Below, piece by piece: positions 49,135 to 61,600 of a stretch of 64,000 nucleotides of DNA (position 1 is its first letter; each line of letters opens with the position of its first letter). The stretch is from a virus: the IMG/VR virus record IMGVR_UViG_3300031963_000020, positions 32,001 to 96,000 of that record, one strand, 5' to 3'. The translations under genes were made by a program, and so were the position numbers. The notes below the pieces were generated by a model. The model saw only the letters and a list, made by a program, of their open reading frames with translations. It was not told the origin of the DNA and ran no database searches.

Positions 49135-49410
49135 ATGACAGAAGTTACGAAGTTAACGGATGAAGAGTTATCATCTGTTAAAAGTTTGCGTGAAGAAATT
49201 ATTGGTTCCATTTCCACAGTGGGTCAATTAAAATTGACGCACGATTTAATGAACGAAGATTTAACATCGGTAAAATCAAAGCTTGAAGAAGAAGTAGTAA
49301 AATACAAAGCATTACTAGTTAAAGAAAAAGGATTAGTTGATGAATTGTTAAAGAAATATGGAATGGGTTCTTTGGATGTCGAAACTGGTGTATTCACCCC
49401 TGAGCAATAA
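49135..49410 (+). CDS. Small coiled-coil protein
   Basis: 91-aa ORF, SD AAGGAGG, ends KYGMGSLDVETGVF. Confidence 0.7.
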   Translation: MTEVTKLTDEELSSVKSLREEIIGSISTVGQLKLTHDLMNEDLTSVKSKLEEEVVKYKALLVKEKGLVDELLKKYGMGSLDVETGVFTPEQ

Positions 49411-49429
49411 GTAATATTGGAGATTCCGT

Positions 49430-51784
49430 ATGGCAGAACGCATTGTTAGTCCTGGCGTTTTCACACAAGAACGTGACCTTAGTTTTCTAGAACAAGGCGT
49501 TGGTGAAATTGCTGGTGCATTTATCGGTCCAACAGCAAAAGGACCAGCATTTATTCCAACTGTAGTTACAAGTCAACAAGACTTTGAAAACAAGTTTGGT
49601 GCACCTGATGGTAAGTCATTCTTAGGATTGACTGTAAAAAACTATCTTCGTGAATCAGGACGAGCAACTGTTGTTCGTGTTCTTGGTCTAGACGGATATA
49701 GTAATACAAGCCACACACCAGCAATTATTAAAGCAACTGGTACTAGTGGTTCGTTTGTATATGCTGTTATTCATCCTACCGTGTCCGGAAGCGACCTTAC
49801 AGCAGTAAGTGCTTCTGGAACATCAACAAACTTTGCAGTTACCGTTACAAGTTCAAATGGATCATTTACCGGCACAGGATTAACATCAACCACAGCAGCA
49901 GGTGGATATATCGGAAACTTCTTTGGATTTGGAACTACTGGTACAAAGGGTGGATACATCTATTCTATCTTCCCAGAAGCAATAGTAAGTGGTGGTGCAT
50001 CGGTAGTAATGTCAGCAGAACTTAGTGCAGACTTATTGTTCTTAACTGGCAGTACATATGGACCATACTCATTTGCAACAACTCCTTGGATTCAATCACA
50101 AACACTTGGTGGTGTTAACCAAAACTTATTTAAGGTTCATACATTAAGTGATGGCACATCAGCAAATAAGCAAGTAAAAATTAGTGTTCTTGGTCCAAAG
50201 AAAGCAATTGTATCTGGAACTTACGGAACATTCTCACTTCAAGTACGTGACTTTACAGACACAGATGCAAATCCAAGTGTACTAGAACAATATGATAATT
50301 TAACACTTGACCCATCTGACGCAAATTTCATCGCTCGTCGTATCGGTAACAGTGCACCTGTAACCGACCCAAATACTGGTGAACGTTATTTCCAAGGTGA
50401 TTTTCAAAATAACTCAGCATATGTTCGCGTTGAAATGGCAGATGGTTCGGAAAATATATCACCAGATGCATTACCATTTGGATTTGCAGCATTAAAGTCA
50501 CCAATTGGATATTCTGGTTCAGCAGTTCCAGTACCAACATACATTAGTTCAAATTGGGTATCTGGTAGTAGTCGTGGATATAGTACCACCGCAACATACA
50601 ACAGTAACGCATGTTATGGATTTGAATTCTCTGATATTCCAACTACTAATATGTCATACTTGGCACCACTTCCAAGTGGTTCAATAACTCGTGGTAGTGA
50701 CTTCAATCTTGAAAACTTAGCATCAAATGAATTATATGATGCAAACGGTACTGGATATACAGTTGCACAATATCTTGCAGGTGCAGCACCAACATTAGCA
50801 TCACTCTTGAAGTTTACAGTTCCATTCCAAGGTGGATTTGATGGTGACAATCCAGCACGTTTGATTAATATGTACGATGGTATTACATCAACAAACACAC
50901 AAGGATTTAACTTAAGTTCAGCAACAACAGCTGGTTCACGTGCATATAAGAAGGCATTAGATGCAATCAGTAATCCAGACGCATACGATATTAACTTGTT
51001 GGTACTACCTGGTGTTATCTACAACGACCACTCATACATCGCAAACTACGCATTAAGTGTTTGTGAAACACGTGGTGACTGTTTCTACATTATGGATACA
51101 GTGGGTGCAAGTGCAACAATTACAGAAGCTGTAAATACCGCAGCATTAATTGATAGTAACTACGCAGCAACATACTATCCTTGGGTAAGAGTGTTGGATA
51201 CAAACACAAATAAGTTTGCATTTGTTCCACCATCAGCGGTACTTCCAGAAGTATACGCATATAGTGATAATACAGCAGCAGAATGGTTTGCACCAGCAGG
51301 TTTAAATCGTGGTGGAATTCCAGGAGCAGCAGGTGTTAAGGTTCGTTTGGCACAAGCACAACGTGATTCACTATACGAAGGTAAGGTTAACCCAATCGCA
51401 CAATTCCCAGGACAAGGTATCTGTGTATGGGGTCAAAAGACATTACAACGTCGCTCATCAGCACTTGACCGCGTAAATGTTCGTCGTTTGTTAATCACTG
51501 TTAAGAAGTTCATCGCAAGTTCAGCACGTTTCCTCGTATTCGAACAAAATGTTGAAGCAACTCGTCGTCGTTTCCTCAACATCGTAAATCCATTCTTGGC
51601 AAACGTACAAGAACGTTCAGGTCTCTACGCATTCCGTGTTATTATGGACGAAACCAATAATACACCAGACGTAATCGACCGCAACTTATTGGTTGGTTCA
51701 TTGTATCTCCAACCAACAAAGACCGCAGAATTCATCAAGTTGGATTTCAACATCCTTCCAACTGGTGCAACATTCGCTGGTTAA
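49430..51784 (+). CDS. Contractile tail sheath (T4 gp18-like)
   Basis: SPGVFTQERD, WFAPAGLNRG, WGQKTLQ...SALDRVNVRRL, FRVIMDETNNTPDVIDRN. Confidence 0.95.
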   Translation: MAERIVSPGVFTQERDLSFLEQGVGEIAGAFIGPTAKGPAFIPTVVTSQQDFENKFGAPDGKSFLGLTVKNYLRESGRATVVRVLGLDGYSNTSHTPAIIKATGTSGSFVYAVIHPTVSGSDLTAVSASGTSTNFAVTVTSSNGSFTGTGLTSTTAAGGYIGNFFGFGTTGTKGGYIYSIFPEAIVSGGASVVMSAELSADLLFLTGSTYGPYSFATTPWIQSQTLGGVNQNLFKVHTLSDGTSANKQVKISVLGPKKAIVSGTYGTFSLQVRDFTDTDANPSVLEQYDNLTLDPSDANFIARRIGNSAPVTDPNTGERYFQGDFQNNSAYVRVEMADGSENISPDALPFGFAALKSPIGYSGSAVPVPTYISSNWVSGSSRGYSTTATYNSNACYGFEFSDIPTTNMSYLAPLPSGSITRGSDFNLENLASNELYDANGTGYTVAQYLAGAAPTLASLLKFTVPFQGGFDGDNPARLINMYDGITSTNTQGFNLSSATTAGSRAYKKALDAISNPDAYDINLLVLPGVIYNDHSYIANYALSVCETRGDCFYIMDTVGASATITEAVNTAALIDSNYAATYYPWVRVLDTNTNKFAFVPPSAVLPEVYAYSDNTAAEWFAPAGLNRGGIPGAAGVKVRLAQAQRDSLYEGKVNPIAQFPGQGICVWGQKTLQRRSSALDRVNVRRLLITVKKFIASSARFLVFEQNVEATRRRFLNIVNPFLANVQERSGLYAFRVIMDETNNTPDVIDRNLLVGSLYLQPTKTAEFIKLDFNILPTGATFAG

Positions 51785-51809
51785 TAGGTTATATTTTTAA
51801 CTTACCGAC

Positions 51810-51817
51810 TATTTATA
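51810..51817 (+). promoter_or_regulatory. Putative late promoter TATTTATA
   Basis: 30 nt before the tail tube ATG 51840. Confidence 0.6.
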
Positions 51818-51839
51818 GTAAATCTGTTAGGAGATACAC

Positions 51840-52334
51840 ATGGCAAACAATATCGTAGCCGAAAATGAAATTTTCTTTACGGCGTTCGAACCAAAAGTTA
51901 AAAATCGCTTTTTAATGTTAATTGAAGGCGTACCAGCTTACATCGTAAGAAAGGTCAGCCGTCCAGAAATTCGTCAAGATACCATTAAAGTTCCACACAT
52001 CAACACCGTTCGTTTTGTTAAGGGTGTGTCTGTATGGCAACCAATGACTTTGACCCTTTACGATCCTGTTGTACCATCAGGTGCACAAGCAGTAATGGAA
52101 TGGGTTCGTCTCCACCACGAATCAGTAACAGGTCGTGACGGATATGCAGAATTCTATAAGAAAGATTTGACCCTTCAAGTTCTTGGCCCAGTAGGTGATA
52201 AGGTTGAAGAATGGATTATCAAGGGTGCACAAATTACACGTGCAACATTTGGTGACCTTGAATGGGCAGATACCAGTGATAACGTAGCAATTGAATTAGA
52301 AATTCAACCAGACTACTGCGTATTGAACTACTAA
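51840..52334 (+). CDS. Tail tube protein (T4 gp19-like)
   Basis: 164 aa directly after sheath; NRF...RPEI...WQPMTLTLYD...WVR...YKKD...W.IKGA...FGDLEW. Confidence 0.85.
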   Translation: MANNIVAENEIFFTAFEPKVKNRFLMLIEGVPAYIVRKVSRPEIRQDTIKVPHINTVRFVKGVSVWQPMTLTLYDPVVPSGAQAVMEWVRLHHESVTGRDGYAEFYKKDLTLQVLGPVGDKVEEWIIKGAQITRATFGDLEWADTSDNVAIELEIQPDYCVLNY

Positions 52335-52357
52335 TCCAAAAAACTCAGGATGTATTT

Positions 52358-52403
52358 ATCCCCTTCGTGATGCAGGTGTTCTATACTCACGAAGGGGATT
52401 TTT
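52358..52403 (+). terminator. Terminator-like hairpin after tail tube
   Basis: ATCCCCTTCGTGA...TCACGAAGGGGAT 13-bp inverted repeat followed by TTTT. Confidence 0.75.
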
Positions 52404-52479
52404 ACTTATAAAATCTATTTGTATCAATTGAAATGATACTTATATAGAGGTAGAAATATTTTTAACTTGGGTGTGTAAT

Positions 52480-52827
52480 ATGCCACAATTAACAGAATTA
52501 CGAGTGGGTCAAGGGGAAACATTTGAAGTACTCGTAACGTTATTACAAACTGTCTCAGGCACACCATTAGATATTACACATTACAATATCACTGGTCAAG
52601 TACGTGAAAATTATACAACAGATGAAATTGCTACATCATTTAATGTAGCAAAAGTTTTACCATATACATCTGGTAGTTTACGTATTACATTAAATGAAGA
52701 TCAAACAATAAATCTTACACAACGTAGATATGTGTATGATATTTTAATTACAAGCGGTTCAGGCACCCCAGTAAATCGTCGTATTTTAGAAGGACCACTC
52801 ACCGTTCGTCCAGCTGCAACGAGATAA
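52480..52827 (+). CDS. Fibre-adaptor/BppU-like small protein
   Basis: QGETF...PLDIT...GQVR...G.LRITL...T..L...RYVYDI...RILEG...V.P; precedes fibre genes; ATG 52480 preferred to GTG 52471. Confidence 0.6.
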   Translation: MPQLTELRVGQGETFEVLVTLLQTVSGTPLDITHYNITGQVRENYTTDEIATSFNVAKVLPYTSGSLRITLNEDQTINLTQRRYVYDILITSGSGTPVNRRILEGPLTVRPAATR

Positions 52828-52830
52828 AAG

Positions 52831-55800
52831 ATGAGCTTACCAGATATTACTGTTGTTATACAAAAACCAGATGTAGTTGTCAGAAACTTAGGTGGTTCAG
52901 GATCATTTTTAAATGTCGCTGATTCCGCAGTAAGTTCTTCTTATGCATTGACTGCAAGTTATGCATTAAATGGTGGTGGTGGAGGTGGTGGTGGAGATGG
53001 TGCAACAGGTCCAACTGGTGCAACTGGTCCTCGTGGTGCAACGGGTGTTGCAGGCTCTCCAGGTGGTGCAACGGGACCAACAGGTCCATCAGGTAGTCAA
53101 GGTGCAACAGGTATTCAAGGTTTAACAGGTGCACAAGGTGCAACAGGTGTACAAGGTACCACAGGTCCTACTGGTGCGCAAGGACCAACTGGTAGCACTG
53201 GTCCACAAGGTATTCAAGGTGTCACAGGTCCAACTGGTGCAATTGGTCCACAAGGTGTAACAGGTAGTACAGGACCACAAGGTATTCAAGGTGTTACTGG
53301 ATCTACTGGTCCTATCGGTCCACAAGGTGTAACAGGTAGTACAGGACCACAAGGAATCACGGGGCCAATAGGTGCAACTGGTCCGGAAGGTCCAACAGGT
53401 GCATCTGGTCCAACTGGTAGTACAGGTCCTACGGGTATTCAAGGTATTCAAGGACCAACTGGTAGTACAGGTCCGCAAGGTGATACAGGTCCACAAGGTT
53501 CAATTGGTCCAATAGGCCCAACAGGTCCAACTGGTAGCACAGGTCCACAAGGACCACAAGGTGATATTGGTATTACTGGTGCAACAGGTATCCAAGGACC
53601 AACAGGGTCAACAGGACCGCAAGGTATCCAAGGTGTCACAGGTCCAACAGGTCCAATTGGTCCTGGATTAAATATTAGTGGTAGTTTACCAGATACGGGT
53701 AGCCTTCCTCCATCGGCGCCAACTGGTTCTGCATTTATTATTGGTCAAGATTTATGGGTATATAATGGAACTTCTTGGGTAGACGTTGGTGATATCTACG
53801 GACCATCGGGTTCTACAGGCCCAACAGGTCCACAAGGTACCACAGGTCCAACAGGCCCAATAGGTCCACAAGGTGTAACAGGCAGTACAGGCCCAACAGG
53901 ACCAGAAGGCCCAACAGGTGCATCTGGTCCATCTGGTAGTGTTGGTCCACAAGGTCCAGTCGGTCCAATAGGTCCAACAGGTCCAACTGGTAGTACAGGT
54001 CCACAAGGACCAGAAGGTAACCAAGGAGAAACAGGTCCAACAGGTGTACAAGGTGCAACAGGTATTCAAGGGCCAACTGGTAGTACAGGTCCACAAGGTA
54101 TAACAGGTCCAACAGGACCAATTGGTGTAACTGGACCAACAGGTGTTGCAGGACCAACGGGTTCAACAGGTCCAGCAGGTACTGCTGGACCAACAGGTAG
54201 CACAGGTCCAATTGGTCCAGAAGGACCAACGGGTAGTACAGGACCAACAGGTCCACAAGGTGTAACAGGTAGTACAGGTCCAGTAGGTTTACAAGGTGTT
54301 ACTGGTTCTACAGGCCCAACAGGTCCACAAGGTGTAACAGGCTCAGAAGGTGCAACTGGTCCAATTGGTGTTACTGGTGCAACTGGTGTTACAGGTTCCA
54401 CAGGTCCAACAGGTCCAGTAGGTCCAACAGGTAGCACAGGTCCAACAGGTCCACAAGGAACCACGGGTCCAACTGGTGCAACTGGTTTACCTGGTGACAT
54501 CTATTCTACAACCAGTAGCACATCACTTTCTATCGGAACTGGTTCAAAAACATTAACTATTGCAACGGGACTTGCATATAGTATTGGTCAATCTGTTATT
54601 ATCGCATTCGATAATAGTAACAAAATGGAAGGTAGTGTTACCTCATACGATAGTGGAACAGGTCAATTAGTAGCTAATATTACAACGGCTACTGGTTCGG
54701 GTACATACACAGCATGGCAAGTAAGTTTGGCAGGTGCACCAGGACCAGCAGGTGTTACAGGTCCAACTGGTCCTGCAGGTCCAATTATTGCAGGACTCGT
54801 CAGTAGTTCTGCACAATACCCAGGATGGGTCACTAGTTCCGCACAAATTGATTATAACGCAATCACTAATAAGTTGAGTGGTGTAATATCCTCCTCAACT
54901 CAGTTTAATGCATTAACTGGTACATCTGCCTCATATTCAGCTACCGCATCGTTGTCTACAGCAGTAAGTGGTGGAACAGAAGATTATATACCACTTTGGT
55001 CATCAGCAAATACACTTACACGTAGTAGATTATACCAAACTGGTTCTAGTATTATATTTGGTGGAACGACATTCTATGATGAAACCGCACCAGATATCTT
55101 TGGCTTGTACGGTGGTATAACAGACTCATTTAATTTAATCACTGCGCACGCAATAATTGACAACTACTTACAAATAAATGTTCGTAACTTAAGTACAGGT
55201 TCTTCTGCATCATCAGATATAGTTGCGGTTAAGAGACTAGGAACAGAAACATCTGGCTTCATTGATATGGGTATCAATGATGACAATTATGTTGGTACGG
55301 AAATTTATGATGTTGCGGGTGATGCATACCTTTATACAGTAGGTGGAAATTTAGTAGTAGGTTCTGCAAGTGATACAGGAAGTGTAGTATTATTTACTGG
55401 CGGTGATACTCCATCGGATAAAAAAGTAGAATTACGAGCAAATAATTTACACGACATCACTGGTAGTCTTACAGCAACACAAGGATTTACTGGTTCGTTA
55501 TCTGGTATAGCAACGACCGCATCATTTGCAACAGCAGTTAGCGGTGGAACTACAAACTATATTCCATTCTTTAATACAGCAAACACGTTATTTAGAAGTA
55601 GATTATATCAAACTGGTTCTAGTATTATATTTGGTGGAACTACATTCTTTGACGAAACCGCACCAGATATCTTTGGTTTATATGGTGGTCTAACAAATTC
55701 ATATAATTTAATCACTGCACACGCAACAATTAACAATTACTTACAAATCAATGTTCGTAACTTAAGTACAGGTTCTTCTGTATCGTCTGACATAGTTGCA

Positions 55801-58659
55801 GTAACACCATTAGGTACAGAAGATTTTGGTTACATTGATATGGGTATCAATAGTGATAACTACGTTGGTAATAGAATTTATGATTTACCAGGAGACGGTT
55901 ATCTGTATACCACAGGTAGTAATTTAGTAGTTGGTACATCAACCGCAAATAGTAACGTTACTATTTTCGCAGGTGGTGACACTTACGCCAATCGTAAGTT
56001 AACATTAAAAGCAAGTAATCAACACGAAATAACAGGTAGTGTAAATATCAGTGGTAGTATATTACCATCAAATGATTCTGTATTTGACCTAGGTTCACCA
56101 TCATTAAAGTTTAGAAGTTTATATCTTTCTGGTTCTACTTTATATCTTGGCACGCTCGCAATCTCTGATAATAATGGTACATTATCTATAACACCATCGG
56201 GGTCATCGACTCTTTCACCTGTATCTGGTGCATTTACTGGGTCGTTCCTTGGTAATTTGATCGGAAATGCTAATACAGCAACAACAGCATCGTTTGCAAC
56301 CACAGCATCATTTGCACTAAATGCACAAAACGTACCACTCGGTACAGTATCAAGTTCAGCACAATATCCTGGTTGGGTCACAAGTTCTGCGCAAATTGAT
56401 TATAATAGTATACAAAATAAGTTAAGTGGTGTAATATCTTCATCAACACAATTTAACTCATTAAGTGGTACATCAGCATCATTTGCAACAACCGCAAGTT
56501 ATGTAGCAGGTGCAGCAAGTGACTGGGCATCATTAGCAAATAAACCAGCAGATATCGTAAGTAGTTCTACCCAAGTCAAGGCGTTCTTACCTGGTGGCAC
56601 TGTAAGTGCATCGGCACAATATCCTGGTTGGGTAACCGCATCATCACAAATTGATTATAATAATATTACCAACAAATTATCTGGTGTAGTTTCCGCATCA
56701 GCACAAGTAGTACCATTACTTCCTGGTGGAACCGTTTCAAGTTCAGCACAATACCCAGGATGGGTCACTAGTTCCGCACAAATTGTGGTGCAAAATACCA
56801 CTGGTATTGGTGCGTTAGCAACAACTGGTTCAAATACATTTGTTGGTAATCAAGTAATTAGTGGTTCATTAACTACCACCGCAGATACAATGACCTTCAA
56901 TGGGTCGATGGCCGTATCGGGAACACTTTCATTAACTGGTAGTTTAAATGTATTAAACGGTGGATTTACTGGTTCATTAACGGGTAGTGCAACTACAGCA
57001 ACATCGGCGTCATTTGCAACTACCGCAAGCGCAGCAACCAGTATAACATTTATACCAGCAACGTCATCATTTGCATTAACAGCAAGTTATGTTCCTGGTG
57101 CAGCAAGTGATTGGAATTCTGTAGCAAATAAACCAGCAGATTTGGTCAGTAGTTCTACCCAAGTCAAGGCGTTCTTACCTGGTGGAACTGTTTCAAGTTC
57201 CGTACAATACCCAGGATGGGTAACCGCATCAAGTCAAATTGACTATAACTCAATTCAAAATAAGTTAAGTGATGTTGTATCAAGTAGTGCACAAGTTCAA
57301 CCACTACTTCCTAACGGAACAGTATCAAGTTCCGCACAATACCCAGGATGGGTAACCGCATCAAGTCAAATAGAATTAAATAGTATTACAGGAACCACAT
57401 TTGCAACAGCAAACTTTACTTTCCCACAAAACTTAACTGTCGCTGGAACACTTACCGCTCAAGAAATACAAACCGAATACGTAACATCATCTATTATTTA
57501 CGAATCTGGTTCAACTAAGTTCGGTGATACAGCAGACGATACACATCAATTTACAGGTTCATTAAGCGTTCTTGGAACAATTAGTGGTGGATTGGTATTA
57601 CCAGCAGGAACTGTAACAGCATCATCACAAATTGATTATAACTTAATTCAAAATAAATTAAGTGGTGTGGTAAGTAGTTCATCACAAATTCAACCACTAC
57701 TTCCAGCAGGAACAGTATCAAGTTCTGGTCAAGTAGATGTTCGTAACACAACTGGTATTTCAACACTTGCAACTACTGGTTCAAACACATTTACCGCAAC
57801 ACAAACAATAATTGGAAACGTATTCTTAAGTTCATCGTTCCCATTAGTTTATAATAACGATAACACTAACAATATGTTGTTTGGGTTCTTTGATGGTAGC
57901 TCCATTTACGGTGCATATTATCAAACATTTGGAAATAACTACACGGCACTAAATCAACGTGGTGGTGCAGAGTTTGTATATGATATTAGAAATAATAGTG
58001 GTGCAAACTTCCATATCGCATCATTTAATGGTGCAACTTGGACTGAAAAGTTTAGAGTAGATGATAACGGAGCACACGTAACTGGTTCATTGGTATCAAC
58101 TGGTGGTATTACTGGTTCATTACTTGGAACAGCAAGTTTCGCAACTACAGCTTCATTTGCATTAGCAACCGCAGGAACCGTAGAAAATGCAAATACAGCA
58201 TCATATGTAGCATATACAAATATTGATGGTAAACCAACACTAGTATCTGCATCATCACAAATAGATTACAATTCTATTACGAATAAGTTGAGTGGTGTAT
58301 ACAGTAGTTCGGCATTCGCATCACCAAACCAAGGTACTGTAAGATTAACATTAAATGGTGTTCAGTTAACTGACGTTGATTTGGGTGTACAAACATCTGA
58401 TACCCCAACATTTGCTGGAGTAAGTAGTTCAAATCATATCACTCCAACCGCAGATAATACTTATAACTTGGGTGCACCTGATAAGAGATGGGCAAACATA
58501 TACACGGGTGACTTAATATTATCTAATGAAGGTTCTTCAGGTAATACCGTAGATGGAACAACAGGTAACTGGACTATTCAAGAAGGTGAAGAACATCTAT
58601 ACATTATCAATAACAAGTCTGGTAAGAAGTTTAGATTTATGTTATCGGAGATTAACTAA
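52831..58659 (+). CDS. Giant fibre protein with collagen-like G-X-Y blocks and repeated modules
   Basis: 1942 aa; two long G-X-Y blocks, a duplicated 191-aa domain, [10 protein letters not shown] repeats, C-terminal YNLG...[10 protein letters not shown]...WTIQEG module. Confidence 0.75.
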   Translation: MSLPDITVVIQKPDVVVRNLGGSGSFLNVADSAVSSSYALTASYALNGGGGGGGGDGATGPTGATGPRGATGVAGSPGGATGPTGPSGSQGATGIQGLTGAQGATGVQGTTGPTGAQGPTGSTGPQGIQGVTGPTGAIGPQGVTGSTGPQGIQGVTGSTGPIGPQGVTGSTGPQGITGPIGATGPEGPTGASGPTGSTGPTGIQGIQGPTGSTGPQGDTGPQGSIGPIGPTGPTGSTGPQGPQGDIGITGATGIQGPTGSTGPQGIQGVTGPTGPIGPGLNISGSLPDTGSLPPSAPTGSAFIIGQDLWVYNGTSWVDVGDIYGPSGSTGPTGPQGTTGPTGPIGPQGVTGSTGPTGPEGPTGASGPSGSVGPQGPVGPIGPTGPTGSTGPQGPEGNQGETGPTGVQGATGIQGPTGSTGPQGITGPTGPIGVTGPTGVAGPTGSTGPAGTAGPTGSTGPIGPEGPTGSTGPTGPQGVTGSTGPVGLQGVTGSTGPTGPQGVTGSEGATGPIGVTGATGVTGSTGPTGPVGPTGSTGPTGPQGTTGPTGATGLPGDIYSTTSSTSLSIGTGSKTLTIATGLAYSIGQSVIIAFDNSNKMEGSVTSYDSGTGQLVANITTATGSGTYTAWQVSLAGAPGPAGVTGPTGPAGPIIAGLVSSSAQYPGWVTSSAQIDYNAITNKLSGVISSSTQFNALTGTSASYSATASLSTAVSGGTEDYIPLWSSANTLTRSRLYQTGSSIIFGGTTFYDETAPDIFGLYGGITDSFNLITAHAIIDNYLQINVRNLSTGSSASSDIVAVKRLGTETSGFIDMGINDDNYVGTEIYDVAGDAYLYTVGGNLVVGSASDTGSVVLFTGGDTPSDKKVELRANNLHDITGSLTATQGFTGSLSGIATTASFATAVSGGTTNYIPFFNTANTLFRSRLYQTGSSIIFGGTTFFDETAPDIFGLYGGLTNSYNLITAHATINNYLQINVRNLSTGSSVSSDIVAVTPLGTEDFGYIDMGINSDNYVGNRIYDLPGDGYLYTTGSNLVVGTSTANSNVTIFAGGDTYANRKLTLKASNQHEITGSVNISGSILPSNDSVFDLGSPSLKFRSLYLSGSTLYLGTLAISDNNGTLSITPSGSSTLSPVSGAFTGSFLGNLIGNANTATTASFATTASFALNAQNVPLGTVSSSAQYPGWVTSSAQIDYNSIQNKLSGVISSSTQFNSLSGTSASFATTASYVAGAASDWASLANKPADIVSSSTQVKAFLPGGTVSASAQYPGWVTASSQIDYNNITNKLSGVVSASAQVVPLLPGGTVSSSAQYPGWVTSSAQIVVQNTTGIGALATTGSNTFVGNQVISGSLTTTADTMTFNGSMAVSGTLSLTGSLNVLNGGFTGSLTGSATTATSASFATTASAATSITFIPATSSFALTASYVPGAASDWNSVANKPADLVSSSTQVKAFLPGGTVSSSVQYPGWVTASSQIDYNSIQNKLSDVVSSSAQVQPLLPNGTVSSSAQYPGWVTASSQIELNSITGTTFATANFTFPQNLTVAGTLTAQEIQTEYVTSSIIYESGSTKFGDTADDTHQFTGSLSVLGTISGGLVLPAGTVTASSQIDYNLIQNKLSGVVSSSSQIQPLLPAGTVSSSGQVDVRNTTGISTLATTGSNTFTATQTIIGNVFLSSSFPLVYNNDNTNNMLFGFFDGSSIYGAYYQTFGNNYTALNQRGGAEFVYDIRNNSGANFHIASFNGATWTEKFRVDDNGAHVTGSLVSTGGITGSLLGTASFATTASFALATAGTVENANTASYVAYTNIDGKPTLVSASSQIDYNSITNKLSGVYSSSAFASPNQGTVRLTLNGVQLTDVDLGVQTSDTPTFAGVSSSNHITPTADNTYNLGAPDKRWANIYTGDLILSNEGSSGNTVDGTTGNWTIQEGEEHLYIINNKSGKKFRFMLSEIN
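52999..54783 (+). repeat. Collagen-like (Gly-X-Y)n coding repeats
   Basis: Blocks at 52999-53667, 53800-54495 and 54733-54783, dominated by [15 protein letters not shown]. Confidence 0.95.
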
Positions 58660-61600
58660 TGCCAATTATAGCAGGTCAGATTACAGGTTCAGCACTTAGT
58701 GGTTCGTTAAATTATACGTTCCTATCTAATATTCCTTCTGGAATAGTATCTGGAGCTGCCCAAGTAGCCGCAAATCTACCAGCAGGGACAGTATCAAGTT
58801 CTGGTCAAGTAGATTATAACTCAATAACAAATAAACTGTCTGGTGTTGTTTCTTCGTCAACGCAAATTCAACCATTATTACCTGATGGAACAGTTAGTGC
58901 ATCAAATCAAGTAGATATTACAGCAACTACCAACTACTCGACATTTAGTTCATCGTTGGCAACAGTTGATGCAGGTCAAACCACTCGTATTGATAATCTA
59001 GCAAGTTTGACCAGTTCGTATGCAATTAACGCAACTATTCAAGGCCAACTTGCTGGAGTTGCATCAAGCAGTGCACAAGTAAAAGCATACTTACCAGCAG
59101 ACACAGTATCAAGTTCTGGTCAAGTAGATATTACCGCAACTAGTGGTTATTCAACCTTTAGTTCATCAATTGCAACCAAAAACGATACACAAGACGTATC
59201 TATCGGTGCATTAAATGCAGCAACCAGTTCATACGCAATTAACGCAACTATTCAAGGACAACTTGCTGGTGTTGTTTCTTCTTCTACACAAGTTAAACCA
59301 TTACTTCCTGGTGGAACTGTATCAAGTTCCGCACAATATCCTGGTTGGGTCACTGCGTCATCACAAATTGATGTACGTAATACTACAGGTATTGCAACAA
59401 TTGCAACTACAGGATCAAACACATTTAATGGTACTCAAACCGTTACAGGTAGTTTATTTACTAGTGGGTCAAATAGTTTAGTAGGAAGCACTACGTTATC
59501 TGGTAGTTTAGTTGTCTCTGGTGCAGCAATTACCTCGACTCCAAATATTCAAATTTACGGAGATACAGAATTTACTGGATATGCAAAGTTTAACCCAGTC
59601 ACCAGTAATATTGATACCTCAATTTCCGCATCCTACATTTATGTTAGTGGGTCAACCCAAGATTTATATTTCTCTCAAAATAGTGCTGGATATAATAACG
59701 TTACTCGTTTACGTTGGTTAGAAAGTAACCTCTACACGGGTCTATTAAAGGGTGGAATACTAACAACAACAACAGGATCTACCACGTTTAATATCAGTGC
59801 AGGTGAAGGTATTGTTGTAACTCTTAACGCATCAACAACCCAAGACCCATATCCAACAATTAAGTTGGTTCGATGGGACGCAAAAACCAACGTTCCTATT
59901 ACGTTTTCGGGTTCAGCAAAGATTACCTACGTTGGATTAGATGTTGCAGGTAATGTTATACAACAAGTTGTTCCTTGGGGTAGTACCGACATCAATCAAT
60001 TTGATACCCAAATCAATTTAGGTGTTATTTTACATTCAAGTGCATCAATATCAACAGGAGCATATAACGCTCCACAAATTTCATATGGAGCTCCGCAAAA
60101 GGCGGACGACTTCTTTAGATCATTTGGTCCACTAAAAGTTTCTGGTCACACCTTACAAGCAAGTGGTAGTAGCCCATCACTTAGTATTAAAAAGACCGCT
60201 GGTACATCATATCGTGAAGGGTCAAATTATGCAAATAATCCAAACCATCCCAACACGGTCACAGAAGAAAGTGATATTACAATATCTAAGATATATCGTT
60301 ATTATATCTCAGGATCAACTCCTGTTATTGATACGGGTGCTAGTGGATCAGGATATCCCACTCTCGATAACCAAAACCGCGTTGATACAGCAACGGGGTT
60401 ATTAACATCAATTGGTTTAAGTAATTGGTCTATTCAACGCGTATTCTGGGTTCCAGGGTCACCAACCAACGCGTTTATTGTCTATTATGGTAACACCGCA
60501 TACAGCACACTACTCAATGCAGTTAACGCAATTAATACGGAACCATTCACGGAAGCACCAGATACGGCAGCTAATGCTGTATTCATCGGATACATCGTAA
60601 TTCAAGGTGGTAGTAATCGTGACTTACTAAACGCGACGGATTGTACTATTATTCAAGCTGGATTGTTCCGTAACATTGCTGGTGTTGGATCGGGTGGAAC
60701 ACAACCAGTAGCAACCACGTTAGCAGGATTATCTGATGTCGGTATTAGTAGTCCAGCTATTGGTGACTTGTTGGTATATACTGGGGCAACGTGGAATAAT
60801 ACAAAGTCATTAAATGGTAGTTATTCACTTACTGGTAGTTTAGCAACAAATGATGGTATTACGGCAATAACAATTAATGCAACAGCAGTATCCGCATCAC
60901 TTTCTGGTAGCGGTGCTGGAGTATTTGGCGTCAACTATAATACCTTATCAAATATTCCAGCAGGTATCGTCAGTAGTTCAACACAAGTTCAACCACTACT
61001 TCCTGGAGGAACAGTAAGTAGCTCAGCACAATATCCAGGATGGGTCACGAGTTCAGCACAAATTGATATTACCGCAACAACTGGATATTCTACCTTTAGT
61101 TCATCACTAGCCACCGTAGATGCTGGCCAAACCACTCGCATCGATAACTTGGCAAGTCAAACAAGTTCCTACGCAATCAACTCAACAATACAATCGCAAC
61201 TTGCTGGTGTAGTATCAAGTTCCACACAAGTTAAACCACTTCTTCCTGATGGAACTGTTTCCTCATCAGCACAATACCCAGGATGGGTCACTGCATCATC
61301 ACAAATAGATTATAATAATATTACTAACAAGTTAAGTGGTGTTGTAAGTAGTTCTGCACAAGTAGTACCATTACTTCCTGGTGGGACAGTATCAAGTTCT
61401 GGTCAAGTTAGTTTAACTGCCACCTCAGAATACTCTACATTTAGTTCATCAATTGCAACTAAAAATGATTTGCAAGATGTTTCTATCAACGCACTGAACG
61501 CAGCAACTGGTTCATATGCAATTAACGCAACAATACAAGGACAACTTGCTGGTGTCGTATCATCGTCGGCTCAAGTTAAACCATTACTTCCTGGTGGAAC

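Noticed and set aside
66-51784. Bacterial contractile injection system (eCIS/tailocin) or prophage
   Set aside because: Capsid, portal, protease, terminase and primase are all present, and no host genes or integrase are seen, which fits a complete lytic-type phage genome segment.
53122-54500. Minus-strand Cys/Trp/Thr-rich, Leu-rich and GPV-repeat ORFs
   Set aside because: These are antisense readings of the collagen G-X-Y codons.
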